Shown piece after piece: positions 40,482-51,753 of a stretch of DNA of 64,000 bases; the first letter of the stretch is position 1; every line of letters begins with the position of its first letter. The notes under the pieces were generated by a model. It did no database searches and was not told the origin of the DNA. It worked only from the letters and a program-made list of their open reading frames with translations. The translations under genes were made by a program, and so were the position numbers. The DNA comes from an uncultured Gammaproteobacteria bacterium (GTDB taxonomy: Bacteria; Pseudomonadota; Gammaproteobacteria; Arenicellales; CALHMG01): assembly GCA_938034705.1 (NCBI GenBank), contig CALHMG010000027.1, forward strand, positions 41,379-105,378. Direction: 5' to 3'.

Positions 40482-41840
40482 ATGACCGGTTCCATAGAAA
40501 AACTTGCGATCGCCAACCGCGGTGAGATTGCGCTGCGCATCCTGCGCGCCTGTCAGGAGCTGAATATCCGAACGGTGGCGCTGTATTCCGAAGCGGATCG
40601 TGAAGCGATGTATGTTCGTCTCGCTGACGAGGCTGTCTGTATTGGTCCTGCCGCGGCGAGCGAGAGCTACCTGAACATTCCGTCCGTGATTGCCGCCGCC
40701 GAGGTCACCAACGCGAACGCGATTCATCCGGGTTACGGCTTCCTGTCGGAAAACGCGGATTTTGCCGAACGCGTTGTCGAAAGCGGGTTCACTTTCATTG
40801 GCCCACCGGCCTCGGCCATCCGCACCATGGGCGACAAGATCATGGCGAAACAGGCGATGGTCGAAAACAATGTGCCGTGTGTGCCTGGATCAACGGGCGC
40901 AGTCGGCGCCGATATCGACGCCGTGTCCGAGCTTGCGGCTGAAATCGGTTACCCCGTCATTATCAAGGCGGCTGGCGGTGGCGGCGGTCGCGGGATGCGA
41001 GTTGCCCACACCGAAGCGTCGCTTCGTGACGCGATTGCGCTGACTCAGTCCGAGGCGGAGGCCGCATTTGGTAACGCGACGGTGTATCTCGAAAAATTTC
41101 TTGAACGACCGCGTCATGTCGAATTTCAGGTCCTGGCAGACACCCATGGAAACGCGATTCACCTCGGCGATCGTGACTGTTCAATGCAGCGCAGACACCA
41201 GAAGGTCGTCGAAGAGGCACCTGCTCCGGGCATCAGCGACGAGTCCCGAGAGCGCGTTGGCAAACTCTGCGCCGACGCCTGCAAGCGGATAGGTTACGTC
41301 GGCGCCGGTACTTTCGAGTTTCTGTATCAGGACGGTGAGTTTTATTTTATCGAGATGAATACCCGAATCCAGGTTGAGCATCCGGTGACAGAACTGATCA
41401 CAGGGATCGATCTGGTCAAGGAACAAATCAAGGTCGCCTCTGGCCAGCCTCTTGAATACACCCAGGATGACGTTGTGCTGCAGGGCCACGCAATCGAATG
41501 TCGAATCAACGCGGAAGACTCCAAGACATTCATGCCTTCGCCGGGCAAGGTCACCCAGTTTCATGCGCCGGGTGGTCCGGGAATCCGTGTGGACTCGCAC
41601 CTCTTTGATGGCTACACGGTACCGCCACACTATGACTCGATGATCGCCAAACTGATTTCATCGGGGAGCACCCGTGACGAAGCGATCCGGCGAATGCGCC
41701 GGGCGCTCGGTGAAATTTTTATCGACGGCATCAAAACCAATATTCCGCTGCAGCTGCAGATCATGAACGATCCCTCCTTTGGCGAAGGCGAGCTCAGCAT
41801 TCACTATCTTGAGAGCAAAATTTCCCAGACCGGGAGCTGA
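40482..41840 (+). CDS. accC: Biotin carboxylase
   Basis: [48 protein letters not shown]. Confidence 0.98.
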   Translation: MTGSIEKLAIANRGEIALRILRACQELNIRTVALYSEADREAMYVRLADEAVCIGPAAASESYLNIPSVIAAAEVTNANAIHPGYGFLSENADFAERVVESGFTFIGPPASAIRTMGDKIMAKQAMVENNVPCVPGSTGAVGADIDAVSELAAEIGYPVIIKAAGGGGGRGMRVAHTEASLRDAIALTQSEAEAAFGNATVYLEKFLERPRHVEFQVLADTHGNAIHLGDRDCSMQRRHQKVVEEAPAPGISDESRERVGKLCADACKRIGYVGAGTFEFLYQDGEFYFIEMNTRIQVEHPVTELITGIDLVKEQIKVASGQPLEYTQDDVVLQGHAIECRINAEDSKTFMPSPGKVTQFHAPGGPGIRVDSHLFDGYTVPPHYDSMIAKLISSGSTRDEAIRRMRRALGEIFIDGIKTNIPLQLQIMNDPSFGEGELSIHYLESKISQTGS

Positions 41841-41841
41841 C

Positions 41842-42708
41842 GTGAGCTGGCAGGAACTCCGCGTCAGCGTCAGTGGCGAACTCGAGGCTTCAACGGCCGA
41901 GCTGTTTGAAAGTCTTGGCGCGCTCGCCGTGACCACCGAGGGCAACAGCAGCGAGCCCTGGCTGGAGGCGGGGCTGCCTACCCCTCCCAAGTGGAGTGAC
42001 GTCACTGTGATCGGGCTGTTCCCGTCCGATGCCGATGGCGATGCACTGATCGCCACCGCTTCCTCGCGCCTTGGCGGTGTGCCCGTCCTGCGCAGCCTGC
42101 TTGAGGACCGCGACTGGGAACGCGAACACCTGCAGCACTTCAAACCGATTCACATCGGGCGCGATTTCTGGGTGGTGCCCAGTTTCGCGGAAACCGAAAT
42201 CGAGGCCCGTTTTCAGCTTCAGCTTGATCCTGGTCTCGCCTTTGGCACGGGTAGCCATGAGACCACCGCGATGTGTCTGGACTGGCTGACTCGCCAGAAT
42301 CTTTGCGGCAAACGCATTATCGACTTTGGCTGTGGCTCGGGAATTCTTGCCATAGGCGCATTGATACTTGGCGCCGACCACGCCTGGGGTGTCGACATTG
42401 ATCCTCGTGCGCTGCCGGCGGCCCGGGAGAACGCCCGGGTCAACAACGTGGATGAGCGCCTCGACCTTGCCATTACACCGGACTTCCCCGACGACGTGAC
42501 CGGGGATATCGTTATTGCCAATATTCTTGCCGGCACCCTTGTTGATCTACAACCACAGCTGTCACGGCTCGTTCGTCCAGGTGGACGGTTGCTCCTGTCG
42601 GGTATTCTCGCGCAACAGACAGACTCGGTCACCGCCGCTTTCGCTGAACACGGTAAATTCTGCAGCTGGCGCCGCGGCGACTGGATGCTCCTGTATAACT
42701 CCAGCTGA
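41842..42708 (+). CDS. prmA: Ribosomal protein L11 methyltransferase
   Basis: LDPGLAFGTGSHETT, DFGCGSGILAI, ANILA, LSGIL; GTG start right after accC. Confidence 0.93.
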   Translation: MSWQELRVSVSGELEASTAELFESLGALAVTTEGNSSEPWLEAGLPTPPKWSDVTVIGLFPSDADGDALIATASSRLGGVPVLRSLLEDRDWEREHLQHFKPIHIGRDFWVVPSFAETEIEARFQLQLDPGLAFGTGSHETTAMCLDWLTRQNLCGKRIIDFGCGSGILAIGALILGADHAWGVDIDPRALPAARENARVNNVDERLDLAITPDFPDDVTGDIVIANILAGTLVDLQPQLSRLVRPGGRLLLSGILAQQTDSVTAAFAEHGKFCSWRRGDWMLLYNSS

Positions 42709-42736
42709 AGCGCTTTCTCTGACTTGAACAGGCTTT

Positions 42737-43993
42737 ATGTACGCACAGTGCCCAAGTTGTAATACGACATTCGCGATCACGGTTGCGCAGCTTGATGCTC
42801 GTGACGGTGTCGTGCGCTGTGGTCGATGTTTTGATGTGTTCAACGCTCGCTGGAATCTGGTCGATCGTCAGGATCACGAAAAACAGAAAACGACAGCTGC
42901 GCCTGAACCCGGACCTTCGGCGCCGCGTGAGAAAGTGAAGCGGCCGGCGGCGAAGAAAACCGACGCCACACCGTCGGTGCGTGTCAAAAAACCGGGCGCA
43001 GCACAACCGCCCCAAAACAAGGCATCAACCGGTCGTGCAGCAACAGAGTCGGCCGAGACCGCCAAACCTGCGCCTTCAACGCAGGAAAACACGCGAAGCT
43101 CCCTCGTCTCAATGCGAACAGGTGGTCACGGTCGCGCGGCTTCGCGATCGGCGCGAAATCTCGGCGATGCGTTTGGCAAGGGTGAAGTGCAACCCGGTCG
43201 GCGGATGAGCGCGCTGGACGCGGCAACCGAGGCACCACAGACTGACTCGCTTCAAAAAAATGTCGGACCCTCGCCCGGTCAGGAGTCCGGGAAGAAAATT
43301 GAGACAAAGCCCGCCAGGCAGCCGAAGCCGTCGTCCAGGAAAAGACCGCAGAACAAACCGACGGAACTCGCTCAACTGGGTGATACCGACGAAGGAACCG
43401 CCACAGCGTCACGAAATGCCGTCATTGATCGCAGTCAGTTCGAAGATCTGTCGGTTCCAACGCTGGGCGACGGGTCCAGCGAGCATGCAGACGGTCACAG
43501 CGGCCGCCGGATTCCTGCGGTTTTCTGGATTCTGGGCTCGTTAATGCTGCTCGGCCTGCTGGCGCTGCAGGCAAAGACGTTTTACCTGCATGACATTGCC
43601 CAGCGGCAGGCGCTGCGCCCGGCCGGCAAGATTTTATGTCTCGCAATGCGATGCGAATTGCCCGCACCGGTGAGGTTCGATGAATACCAGATCGAAAAAA
43701 CTCGAATCGCTTTTCATCCGGATGCGCCAGCCGCAATTCGAATCAGTACTTCCGTGCGCAATCGCGCAGATGTAGAACAACCGTATCCGGATTTGCAGCT
43801 TACGTTGACTGACAAGACCGGCAAGATCGTCGGAAGACGTAACTTTCGCCCCGCACAATATCTTGGCCCCGAGTTTCGTGCTGAAAACAAACTGGCCGCT
43901 GAATCAGTAACGATCATCGATCTTGATCTGGCCGAGCCTGCGCAAAGTGCGATTGGATTCGAAGTTCAACTTGTCAAGCCGTTGGCTCAGTAA
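42737..43993 (+). CDS. Zinc-ribbon and DUF3426 domain membrane protein
   Basis: CPSCNTTF..VRCGRC finger, long linker, one TM, LC..RC..NRA..QPYP C-terminal domain; conserved prmA-dusB position. Confidence 0.85.
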   Translation: MYAQCPSCNTTFAITVAQLDARDGVVRCGRCFDVFNARWNLVDRQDHEKQKTTAAPEPGPSAPREKVKRPAAKKTDATPSVRVKKPGAAQPPQNKASTGRAATESAETAKPAPSTQENTRSSLVSMRTGGHGRAASRSARNLGDAFGKGEVQPGRRMSALDAATEAPQTDSLQKNVGPSPGQESGKKIETKPARQPKPSSRKRPQNKPTELAQLGDTDEGTATASRNAVIDRSQFEDLSVPTLGDGSSEHADGHSGRRIPAVFWILGSLMLLGLLALQAKTFYLHDIAQRQALRPAGKILCLAMRCELPAPVRFDEYQIEKTRIAFHPDAPAAIRISTSVRNRADVEQPYPDLQLTLTDKTGKIVGRRNFRPAQYLGPEFRAENKLAAESVTIIDLDLAEPAQSAIGFEVQLVKPLAQ

Positions 43994-44188
43994 GTTTCGA
44001 TCATCTAAAAAACCTGTTGTCAACGATTCTGCAAATTTTCTGTGGTGTTCTCTGACCCAATCTGAAAACGTTTTCGATTTCAAGGTGTCAACGCTATGTT
44101 TGAGAACTTACTTTCACAGATAAAAATAATCGCGCCGAAACTGGCCAAGAGTTTCCGACGAGTCGCAGTTCAAATTTGTGGATTGCCT

Positions 44189-44217
44189 TTGCCTGTCGCG
44201 TCGCGGCTCGTTAAAAT
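44189..44217 (+). promoter_or_regulatory. sigma70 promoter of dusB-fis
   Basis: TTGCCT-N17-TAAAAT followed by a GC-rich discriminator; AT-rich upstream region. Confidence 0.6.
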
Positions 44218-44268
44218 CACCAGCCGCCCCGAGTGACTACAGGCCGATTCACCGTCGACTAAAAATTT

Positions 44269-45285
44269 ATGAACATCGGCCCCTACCAACTTGAAAACAA
44301 TCTGATCGTCGCGCCAATGGCCGGCGTTACAGATCGTCCTTTCAGAAAGTTGTGTCGACGTCTCGGCGCCGGGTTTGCGGTATCGGAAATGATTACGGCG
44401 AATTGTCAGCTCAACGGCGCCAAAGCAAGCGCCCGCAAAGCTGATCACACGGGTGAACCCGGACCTTCTTCCACTCAGATCGCTGGCGCCGACCCGCAGA
44501 TGCTCGCGGACGCGGCTCGTTTTAATGTAGAGCTTGGTGCCGAGATCATCGACATTAATATGGGATGCCCGGCAAAAAAGGTCTGCAAGAAGCTGGCCGG
44601 CTCGGCGCTGCTCAAGGACGAAACCCTGGTGACCGATATTCTTGAGGCGGTTGTCGGCGCGGTTGACGTTCCTGTAACCCTGAAGATCAGAACCGGCTGG
44701 GACCTTGAAAATCGCAACGGTCCCAAAATCGCGCATATTGCTCAGGAGTCAGGCATTGCCGCGCTTGCAGTGCATGGCCGCACTCGCGCGTGCAAGTTCA
44801 TGGGCGAGGCGGAATACGAAACTATCGCGGACATTAAATCCCGCGTATCGATCCCGGTCATCGCCAACGGCGACATCACTTCGCCCGAGCGCGCAAAACA
44901 GGTTATCGAACAGACCGGCGTTGACGCCGTGATGGTTGGACGTTCCGCCCAGGGGCGACCATGGATATTCAAACAGATCGACCACTATCTGAAAGCCGAC
45001 GAGATTCTTGGTGATCCCGAGTTCGCGGTTCAGCGCGATCTGTTACTGGGCCACCTGGAAGAGCTGTATGACTTTTATGGTGAGTTTATTGGCGTTCGTA
45101 CCGCTCGCAAACACATCGGGTGGTACGTCAAAGGTATTGAAGGAAATTCAGAATTTCGAGCACGGGTTAACGTTGTTGAAACTGCCGAAGAGCAGTCGCA
45201 GCTGACTCGTGATTATTTCGATTGGCTTATTGAGGAATACAACAAGCCGGGGGATTACGGAGTGCAAAAACTGGCAATTCACTGA
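44269..45285 (+). CDS. dusB: tRNA-dihydrouridine synthase B
   Basis: APMAGVTDRPFR, DINMGCPAKKV, HGRTR, ANGDI; upstream of fis. Confidence 0.96.
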   Translation: MNIGPYQLENNLIVAPMAGVTDRPFRKLCRRLGAGFAVSEMITANCQLNGAKASARKADHTGEPGPSSTQIAGADPQMLADAARFNVELGAEIIDINMGCPAKKVCKKLAGSALLKDETLVTDILEAVVGAVDVPVTLKIRTGWDLENRNGPKIAHIAQESGIAALAVHGRTRACKFMGEAEYETIADIKSRVSIPVIANGDITSPERAKQVIEQTGVDAVMVGRSAQGRPWIFKQIDHYLKADEILGDPEFAVQRDLLLGHLEELYDFYGEFIGVRTARKHIGWYVKGIEGNSEFRARVNVVETAEEQSQLTRDYFDWLIEEYNKPGDYGVQKLAIH

Positions 45286-45397
45286 CACCCAGTCGACGTC
45301 GATTCGTCGTGCGAGACCAGGTCATGTGGCCTGTCCGTGTAGAACCGGTTAGCCGCTGCGCAAAGCAACAACACCAGCAAAGAGAGAACACTAAAGA

Positions 45398-45886
45398 ATG
45401 AAAACAACAGGGAGCATGGAGGGGCCACTCAGTGATGTTGTCGCACGATCGTTGCGTCGATACCTGAGTGATTTGAACGGCGAGAGCCCAAGTGAGCTTT
45501 ACGCTCTGGTGCTTAAAGAAGTTGAAGCACCGATGCTTGCCGTCATTATGGAGCACACGGCCCAGAATCAGTCTCGGGCTGCCGAGATGCTGGGAATCAA
45601 TCGCAACACTCTTCGCAAGAAGCTCAAGGCCCACGGCCTCGATCGCGGTGCGATCGCCAGCCGTACTGTCGCGCAGACAATGAACGCCAACAATGTCGCA
45701 AACGCGGGCAGCGTCAGCCCTGCGGTTCCCGGCGCCCCCACCGGCGTTAGCGGTGACCATGTTCGCCGCGACAATTATGCGACGTCGGACAACAACGTTT
45801 CTGCCGTCAACGGCTCTGTGAATGGAGCCAATGGTACGACAATGCCGCGCGTCAACGCGCTCGGCGAAGTCGACGACCATCGCTAG
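45398..45886 (+). CDS. fis: Fis nucleoid protein with an ~80-aa C-terminal extension
   Basis: [35 protein letters not shown]; lies between dusB and purH. Confidence 0.88.
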   Translation: MKTTGSMEGPLSDVVARSLRRYLSDLNGESPSELYALVLKEVEAPMLAVIMEHTAQNQSRAAEMLGINRNTLRKKLKAHGLDRGAIASRTVAQTMNANNVANAGSVSPAVPGAPTGVSGDHVRRDNYATSDNNVSAVNGSVNGANGTTMPRVNALGEVDDHR

Positions 45887-45943
45887 CAGTCGTTAAGGTC
45901 CGCATCCGCGCGAGCAGGCTAAGCCTGATCGCGCGACGTGATC

Positions 45944-47518
45944 ATGAGCGATATTCGCAAGATCCGACGCGCGCTCGTCAGCGTGTCGGACAAAACCGGC
46001 CTTACTGAACTCGCCCGCTGTCTGAAAGACGCGGGCGTCGCCGTGTTGTCGACCGGCGGAACCGCAAAGGCGTTGTCTGATGCCGGCGTCGGTGTGACGG
46101 AAGTCTCTGCGTACACCGAATTTCCCGAGATGATGGATGGCCGCGTCAAGACGCTGCACCCCAAGGTGCACGGCGGCATCCTGGGACGCCGCGGCACTGA
46201 TGATGACGTCATGTCGTCGAACGACATAGACGCGATCGATCTGGTTGTGGTCAATCTTTATCCGTTCGACACCGCGACCAGTGATCCTGATTGTGATCTT
46301 GCAACGGCGATCGAGAACATCGATATCGGTGGGCCTGCAATGATTCGCTCGGCCGCAAAAAACCACAATGATGTTGCCGTGGTCGTCGATCCGGCTGACT
46401 ATGATCAGATCGTTGCCGAAATCCAGGCCAGCGGCGGCATCTCGCGAGACACTCGCTTTGCGCTGGCGGCCAAGGCGTTTTCGCACACCGCCCGGTATGA
46501 CGGTGCCATCAGTAACTGGCTGACCGCTCGAGATTCGGCGGGAGAGTCCAAAGCCACATATCCCGAGGTGCTGAACCTGCAGTATCACAAGGTGCAGGAC
46601 ATGCGATACGGCGAAAACCCTCATCAGGATGCGGCGTTTTACTCTGCCGCCTCTCCTGCGTCCGGAAGTCTCGCGGCCGCCACGGTCGTTCAGGGCAAGG
46701 CGCTGTCCTACAACAATGTCGCCGATGCCGATGCGGCGCTGGAATGCGTCGGAGCATTCAAGGACGATATTGCCTGCGTGATCGTGAAACACGCCAACCC
46801 CTGTGGCGTTGCTCTTGGTGCCACCTTGATGGAGGCGTACGACCGTGCTTTTAAAACCGACCCGACGTCTGCGTTCGGCGGGATTATCGCGTTCAATCGA
46901 GTTCTGGACGCCGAGACCGCGGCCGAGATCGTTGCGCGACAGTTTGTGGAAGTGGTGATCGCACCTGACTTTGAACCGGGCGCCCTCGAGGCGCTGGCGA
47001 GCAAAACCAATGTTCGGGTCCTGCGCACCGACCGGGTTACCGGTCCCGTGTCCGATCGCATTATCAAGCGCGTGTCGGGTGGTGTGCTGGTTCAGGACAA
47101 TGATCTTGGCGCGATCACACAAGCCGACGTCAAGGTCGTTACCCGTCGTGCGCCGACAGAGCAGGAGATGGCCGATCTGTTGTTTGCCTGGAAGGTCGTA
47201 AAATTCGTCAAGTCCAACGCCATTGTCTATGTGCGTGATGCCATGACGATTGGGGTTGGCGCGGGTCAGATGAGTCGGGTGTATTCAGCCCGCATCGCCG
47301 GTATCAAGGCCGCAGACGAAAATCTTGAAGTTGCAGGTTCGGTCATGGCATCGGACGCATTTTTTCCGTTTCGCGATGGCATCGATTCAGCCCACGACGT
47401 CGGAATTACGGCTGTCATCGAACCCGGTGGCTCAATGCGGGACGATGAGGTTATTGCGGCGGCCGACGAGCATGGCATGGCGATGGTGTTTACCGGGATG
47501 CGTCATTTCAGACACTGA
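45944..47518 (+). CDS. purH: AICAR transformylase/IMP cyclohydrolase
   Basis: [45 protein letters not shown]. Confidence 0.98.
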   Translation: MSDIRKIRRALVSVSDKTGLTELARCLKDAGVAVLSTGGTAKALSDAGVGVTEVSAYTEFPEMMDGRVKTLHPKVHGGILGRRGTDDDVMSSNDIDAIDLVVVNLYPFDTATSDPDCDLATAIENIDIGGPAMIRSAAKNHNDVAVVVDPADYDQIVAEIQASGGISRDTRFALAAKAFSHTARYDGAISNWLTARDSAGESKATYPEVLNLQYHKVQDMRYGENPHQDAAFYSAASPASGSLAAATVVQGKALSYNNVADADAALECVGAFKDDIACVIVKHANPCGVALGATLMEAYDRAFKTDPTSAFGGIIAFNRVLDAETAAEIVARQFVEVVIAPDFEPGALEALASKTNVRVLRTDRVTGPVSDRIIKRVSGGVLVQDNDLGAITQADVKVVTRRAPTEQEMADLLFAWKVVKFVKSNAIVYVRDAMTIGVGAGQMSRVYSARIAGIKAADENLEVAGSVMASDAFFPFRDGIDSAHDVGITAVIEPGGSMRDDEVIAAADEHGMAMVFTGMRHFRH

Positions 47519-47566
47519 TCGCGGCCCGGGTCAACGCGACCACCGTATAAACGGAGAACAATCACG

Positions 47567-48883
47567 ATGAGAGTGCTGATCGTTGGAGGGGGCGGCCGTG
47601 AACACGCGCTGGCCTGGAAGTGTGCTCAGTCCGAGAAGGTTACCGAGGTTCTCGTAGCGCCGGGTAATGCCGGCACCGCGCGCGAGCCCGGGGTGAGCAA
47701 CGTAGATGTTGGTGCCGAAGACATCGCCGGTCTGCTCGAGCTGGCGAAGTCCCGCAGCGTCGACTTGACGATTGTAGGACCGGAAGTTCCGCTCGTGAAC
47801 GGCATTGTCGACCAGTTTCAGGCGGCCGAGCTTCGTTGTTTTGGTCCGATAGCAAGTGCAGCAAGACTCGAAGGGTCCAAGGCGTTCACCAAAGAGTTTC
47901 TTGAGCGACACAACATCCCCACAGCCGGTTACGAGAGTTTTACCGATTTTGATCTCGCGAAAACTTACATCGAGTCGCGAGGTGCGCCCATCGTCGTGAA
48001 AGCGGACGGACTTGCCGCGGGAAAAGGTGTCGTTGTCGCGAACACCGTCGAGGAAGCCGTCGACGCCGCTCAAAGCATGCTGGTCGGTGGTGAGTTTTCA
48101 AACGCGGGTGCGCAAATTGTCGTAGAAGATTTTCTTGAAGGCGAAGAGGCGAGCTTTATCTGTATCGTCGACGGGACCACCGTGTTGCCTCTGGCGACCT
48201 CCCAGGATCACAAGGCGCGGGACAATGGCGACAGTGGACCTAACACGGGTGGGATGGGTGCCTATTCGCCAGCACCTGTTGTCACGGATACTGTTCACGA
48301 ACGGATCATGAACGAGATTATCGAGCCTACCGTGGCGGGACTTGCAGAAGATGGTGATCCGTACACGGGGTTTCTGTACGCCGGCGTGATGATCGATGCC
48401 GAGAACAATCCACGAGTGCTGGAGTACAACTGCCGCTTCGGGGACCCCGAAACGCAGCCGATCATGATGCGACTGGAATCAGATCTTGTTGAGCTGTGCG
48501 AAGCCGCAATCGATCACAAGCTGGGCGACGTGCGTGTCGAATGGGATTCCAGGCGCGCGCTGGGTGTGGTCATGGCTGCGGGTGGTTACCCCGCTGATTA
48601 CCGCAAGGGCGACATTATTACCGGTCTTGATGCGGTGACGTCCGACGGCAGCACTGAGGACGTCAAAGTATTTCATGCGGGCACGGTTCTTGATGGCGAC
48701 AACATCTGCACCAGTGGCGGCCGCGTACTCTGCGTGACGGCTTTGGGTGAGACGGTTGAAGCGGCGAGCGCCGCTGCCTATCAGTCGGTTGCGTCAATCA
48801 ACTGGCCGGAGTGTTTTTGCCGTACTGATATTGGCTACCGGGCGGTTGCTCGGGAGCAAGAGGCTCCAACAGAAAAATCCTGA
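47567..48883 (+). CDS. purD: Phosphoribosylamine-glycine ligase
   Basis: GGGGREHAL, KADGLAAGKGV, GPNTGGMGAY, RFGDPETQ. Confidence 0.98.
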   Translation: MRVLIVGGGGREHALAWKCAQSEKVTEVLVAPGNAGTAREPGVSNVDVGAEDIAGLLELAKSRSVDLTIVGPEVPLVNGIVDQFQAAELRCFGPIASAARLEGSKAFTKEFLERHNIPTAGYESFTDFDLAKTYIESRGAPIVVKADGLAAGKGVVVANTVEEAVDAAQSMLVGGEFSNAGAQIVVEDFLEGEEASFICIVDGTTVLPLATSQDHKARDNGDSGPNTGGMGAYSPAPVVTDTVHERIMNEIIEPTVAGLAEDGDPYTGFLYAGVMIDAENNPRVLEYNCRFGDPETQPIMMRLESDLVELCEAAIDHKLGDVRVEWDSRRALGVVMAAGGYPADYRKGDIITGLDAVTSDGSTEDVKVFHAGTVLDGDNICTSGGRVLCVTALGETVEAASAAAYQSVASINWPECFCRTDIGYRAVAREQEAPTEKS

Positions 48884-48935
48884 ACCGCAAAGGGGTACAA
48901 GCGTCATCGACGAACCTGCCCCATAGTCCGTGCGC

Positions 48936-49556
48936 ATGAACGACACACCAATACAGACTCCCGAAGATTCCCAGGCACAGGATCTACTTAAAGCGGCAGA
49001 CGTTATTGCCCGTGGGGGCGTGGTCGCGTATCCAACTGAATTCTGCTTTGGGCTTGGCTGTGATCCGCGCCAACCGAAGGCGTTGGCCAAAGTGCTTCGT
49101 ATCAAACGCCGGGATCGCGCGATGGGCATGATTCTGATCGCAGCAAACGTTGTTCAGCTGACGCCATTTTTGCATCCGGACATTTTTGCGGCCGATCGAT
49201 CTCTGCTCGATGAAGCAGAGCAAACCTGGCCCGGGCCGGTCAGCTGGCTGTTGCCTGCCCATCCCGGCGTTCACCACATGGTACGAGGCGATCACGAAAA
49301 ACTCGCCGTTCGAGTCACCGCCCATCATCTCGCGGCGCGTCTGTGTCTCGCGGCCGGAATGGCGCTGGTGTCCACCAGCGCCAATGCGCATGGTCAGCCT
49401 CCAGCGAGAACCGCGGCGCAGGTTGATCTGATCTTCGGGGACGCCGTGGACTATGTGCTATCGGGTCGGGTGGGATCCGCGGCCGGTCCGAGTGAACTGC
49501 GCGAGGCCGGAACCGGCCGAATCCTGCGCGCTGCACCTGACGACGCAGCATCCTGA
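48936..49556 (+). CDS. tsaC: Threonylcarbamoyl-AMP synthase (YrdC/Sua5 family)
   Basis: VAYPTE..FGLGCDP, KRR, WPGP, STSAN. Confidence 0.9.
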   Translation: MNDTPIQTPEDSQAQDLLKAADVIARGGVVAYPTEFCFGLGCDPRQPKALAKVLRIKRRDRAMGMILIAANVVQLTPFLHPDIFAADRSLLDEAEQTWPGPVSWLLPAHPGVHHMVRGDHEKLAVRVTAHHLAARLCLAAGMALVSTSANAHGQPPARTAAQVDLIFGDAVDYVLSGRVGSAAGPSELREAGTGRILRAAPDDAAS

Positions 49557-49568
49557 CATAATCGGGCA

Positions 49569-50852
49569 ATGACCCGATCTCTCTACACCCTTGTCTGGAA
49601 AATCGTTCGTCCGCTGATACCGGTCCGACTGTGGTTGCGCAGTTTTCGTAACCGGGCCTACCTTGACCGCTGGGACGAACGTTTTGTAAAAGCGCTGCCA
49701 CCCGCCGCCAGCCCCGGGACAAGACTCGCATGGCTGCACGCGGTTTCTGTTGGCGAAGTCAATGCGGCCGCTCCTTTTGTTCGAAAGCTGCTTGAAGTCG
49801 AAACAGATCTGGAAATTCTGCTCACTACCTCTACGCCCACAGGCTCAGATCAGCTTGCGCGGTTGTTTGCGCAGGATCTGGGTCAGAGAATCAAGCATGT
49901 GTACGCACCCTATGACGTGCCCGCGGACATAGCGCGGTTTCTCGATGCGTCGCGACCCGTTGCTGCGATGTTCATGGAGACCGAAATCTGGCCAAACTGG
50001 CTGCTGGCTTTGCGCGAACGCTCGATACCGTCAATGCTCATCAACGCAAGAATGAGCGAAAAATCCTTTCGCGGTTACTCGCGAATGAGAAGTCTCTGCT
50101 TACCCGCCGTTTCAAGTTTCGCCAGGATTGGCGCTCAAACCGAAGACGATGCCGATCGCCTCAATAACCTTGGCGCAACCGAAGGGGCGATAAGTGTGAC
50201 CGGCAGCATCAAATACGATGTCGAGCTCGATGATGAGCAGGCAGAGCGCGCTCGGGAGCTGCGCACAGCTATCGGTGATCGACCGGTCTGGATCGCGGGC
50301 AGCACCCGCGAAGGCGAAGAGATTGCGGTGTTTCAGGCCCATGCCAAGATACGGATGGCGAATGACGACATTCTTCTGATCCTTGTGCCACGACATCCAG
50401 AGCGGTTCGAACTGGTGGCACGGATGTCGATGGTGCGCGGTAACGTCACCAACCGGCGCAGCGAGAACGAGCCCGAGGAGCTGCACAACGCGTCGGTCTA
50501 TGTGTGCGACACGATGGGCGAACTCGGCATGCTCTACGCGGTTGCCGACGTGGCGTTCGTCGGAGGGTCTCTGGTTGAGACCGGTGGACAAAATGTTCTT
50601 GAGGCCGTCGCTGCAGGAGTGCCGCCGGTGTTTGGACCACACACGTGGAATTTCGCTGAAATCTGTCAAGAGGTTGCAGCATCCGGCGCCGGGTTTCGCA
50701 TCGAGGACAATCTCGCCCTGGCGGACAAAATTATTGAACTGCTCAAAGATCCCGAAGCGCGAGGCGAAGCCAGGGTGGCGGGTGCACGATTGCTCGAAAA
50801 AAATCGTGGTGCAACGGAACGCCTGGTAGCCATGACCCGTGAACTGCTGTGA
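49569..50852 (+). CDS. waaA: Kdo transferase
   Basis: WLHAVSVGE, ETEIWPN, NARMS, LVPRHPERF, DTMGEL, FVGGSL..GGQN.LE. Confidence 0.95.
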   Translation: MTRSLYTLVWKIVRPLIPVRLWLRSFRNRAYLDRWDERFVKALPPAASPGTRLAWLHAVSVGEVNAAAPFVRKLLEVETDLEILLTTSTPTGSDQLARLFAQDLGQRIKHVYAPYDVPADIARFLDASRPVAAMFMETEIWPNWLLALRERSIPSMLINARMSEKSFRGYSRMRSLCLPAVSSFARIGAQTEDDADRLNNLGATEGAISVTGSIKYDVELDDEQAERARELRTAIGDRPVWIAGSTREGEEIAVFQAHAKIRMANDDILLILVPRHPERFELVARMSMVRGNVTNRRSENEPEELHNASVYVCDTMGELGMLYAVADVAFVGGSLVETGGQNVLEAVAAGVPPVFGPHTWNFAEICQEVAASGAGFRIEDNLALADKIIELLKDPEARGEARVAGARLLEKNRGATERLVAMTRELL

Positions 50853-50898
50853 CCCTTGCGATCTGAGCCCGAGGAACAATCAAAGAGGATCCTGAAAC

Positions 50899-51225
50899 AT
50901 GATTCACGAACTACGAATTTACACCTGCGTGCCCGGCAAACTGCCCGATCTCAACGCCCGGTTTAACAACATCACGTTGAAAATCTGGGAACGTCATGGC
51001 ATCAGGCAGGCTGGTTTCTGGACCACACTTGTTGGAGACAACAACCAGAATCTGATTTATCTCCTTGAGTGGGAGAGTCTTGCCGAGCGTGAGCAGAAAT
51101 GGGATGCCTTTCAGGCTGACCCCGAGTGGCAGGAAAAACGCGCCGAAACCGAAGCGGCTGGTCCCATCGTCGCCGCGATCAGCAATCAGTTTCTGATTCC
51201 GACACCTTACTCTTCGGTACAGTAA
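50899..51225 (+). CDS. NIPSNAP family protein
   Basis: MIHELRIY..PGK..F..HGI..GFW..W..F.ADPEW, C-terminal PTPYS. Confidence 0.9.
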   Translation: MIHELRIYTCVPGKLPDLNARFNNITLKIWERHGIRQAGFWTTLVGDNNQNLIYLLEWESLAEREQKWDAFQADPEWQEKRAETEAAGPIVAAISNQFLIPTPYSSVQ

Positions 51226-51313
51226 GTACACCCAGGCTGCTTTGTGGCCCCGGTTCGTGGCGCCAGGGCAGCTTGATTTCGCAACGCTTTCACTCATCAA
51301 GGAACGATTGAAC

Positions 51314-51748
51314 ATGAATGCAACAACGAAAAAATCTGGAACAGCGCTGTCACTGGCAGCCCTGGTGTTTCTGCTTGCCGCTTGCGGTGGCGGCAGTTCC
51401 AGCAGTGGCAGCGGATCGTCTTCAGGTGCCACAGGCGTGAACGGCGCGTTTGCGGGTGACTGGGTTTCTGCGTCAACCAACAACGGCGAGCTGGCTGGAA
51501 ATTTCAACGCGTCGGGCAGTACCGTGACCGCGACCGTCACTCGCCACACGGTCTCGGCATGCCCCCTGTCGTCATTCAGGGGCACCTGGAACGAATCATC
51601 CTCGAGTCTTGACGGAACGTTTACCGGCAGCAACAGCACAGTTGCGTGGAATGCGAAGCTGGTCGGTGGTCGACTGAGTGGCCCTTACTCGGTGACGTCG
51701 GGAGGCTGCGCGGGCGACACGGGCACGATTACCCTGAACCGCGGTTGA
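51314..51748 (+). CDS. Ser/Gly/Thr-rich lipoprotein of unknown function
   Basis: Lipobox LLAAC, GGGSSSS linker, beta-rich domain with two Cys. Confidence 0.75.
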   Translation: MNATTKKSGTALSLAALVFLLAACGGGSSSSGSGSSSGATGVNGAFAGDWVSASTNNGELAGNFNASGSTVTATVTRHTVSACPLSSFRGTWNESSSSLDGTFTGSNSTVAWNAKLVGGRLSGPYSVTSGGCAGDTGTITLNRG

Positions 51749-51753
51749 TCCGT

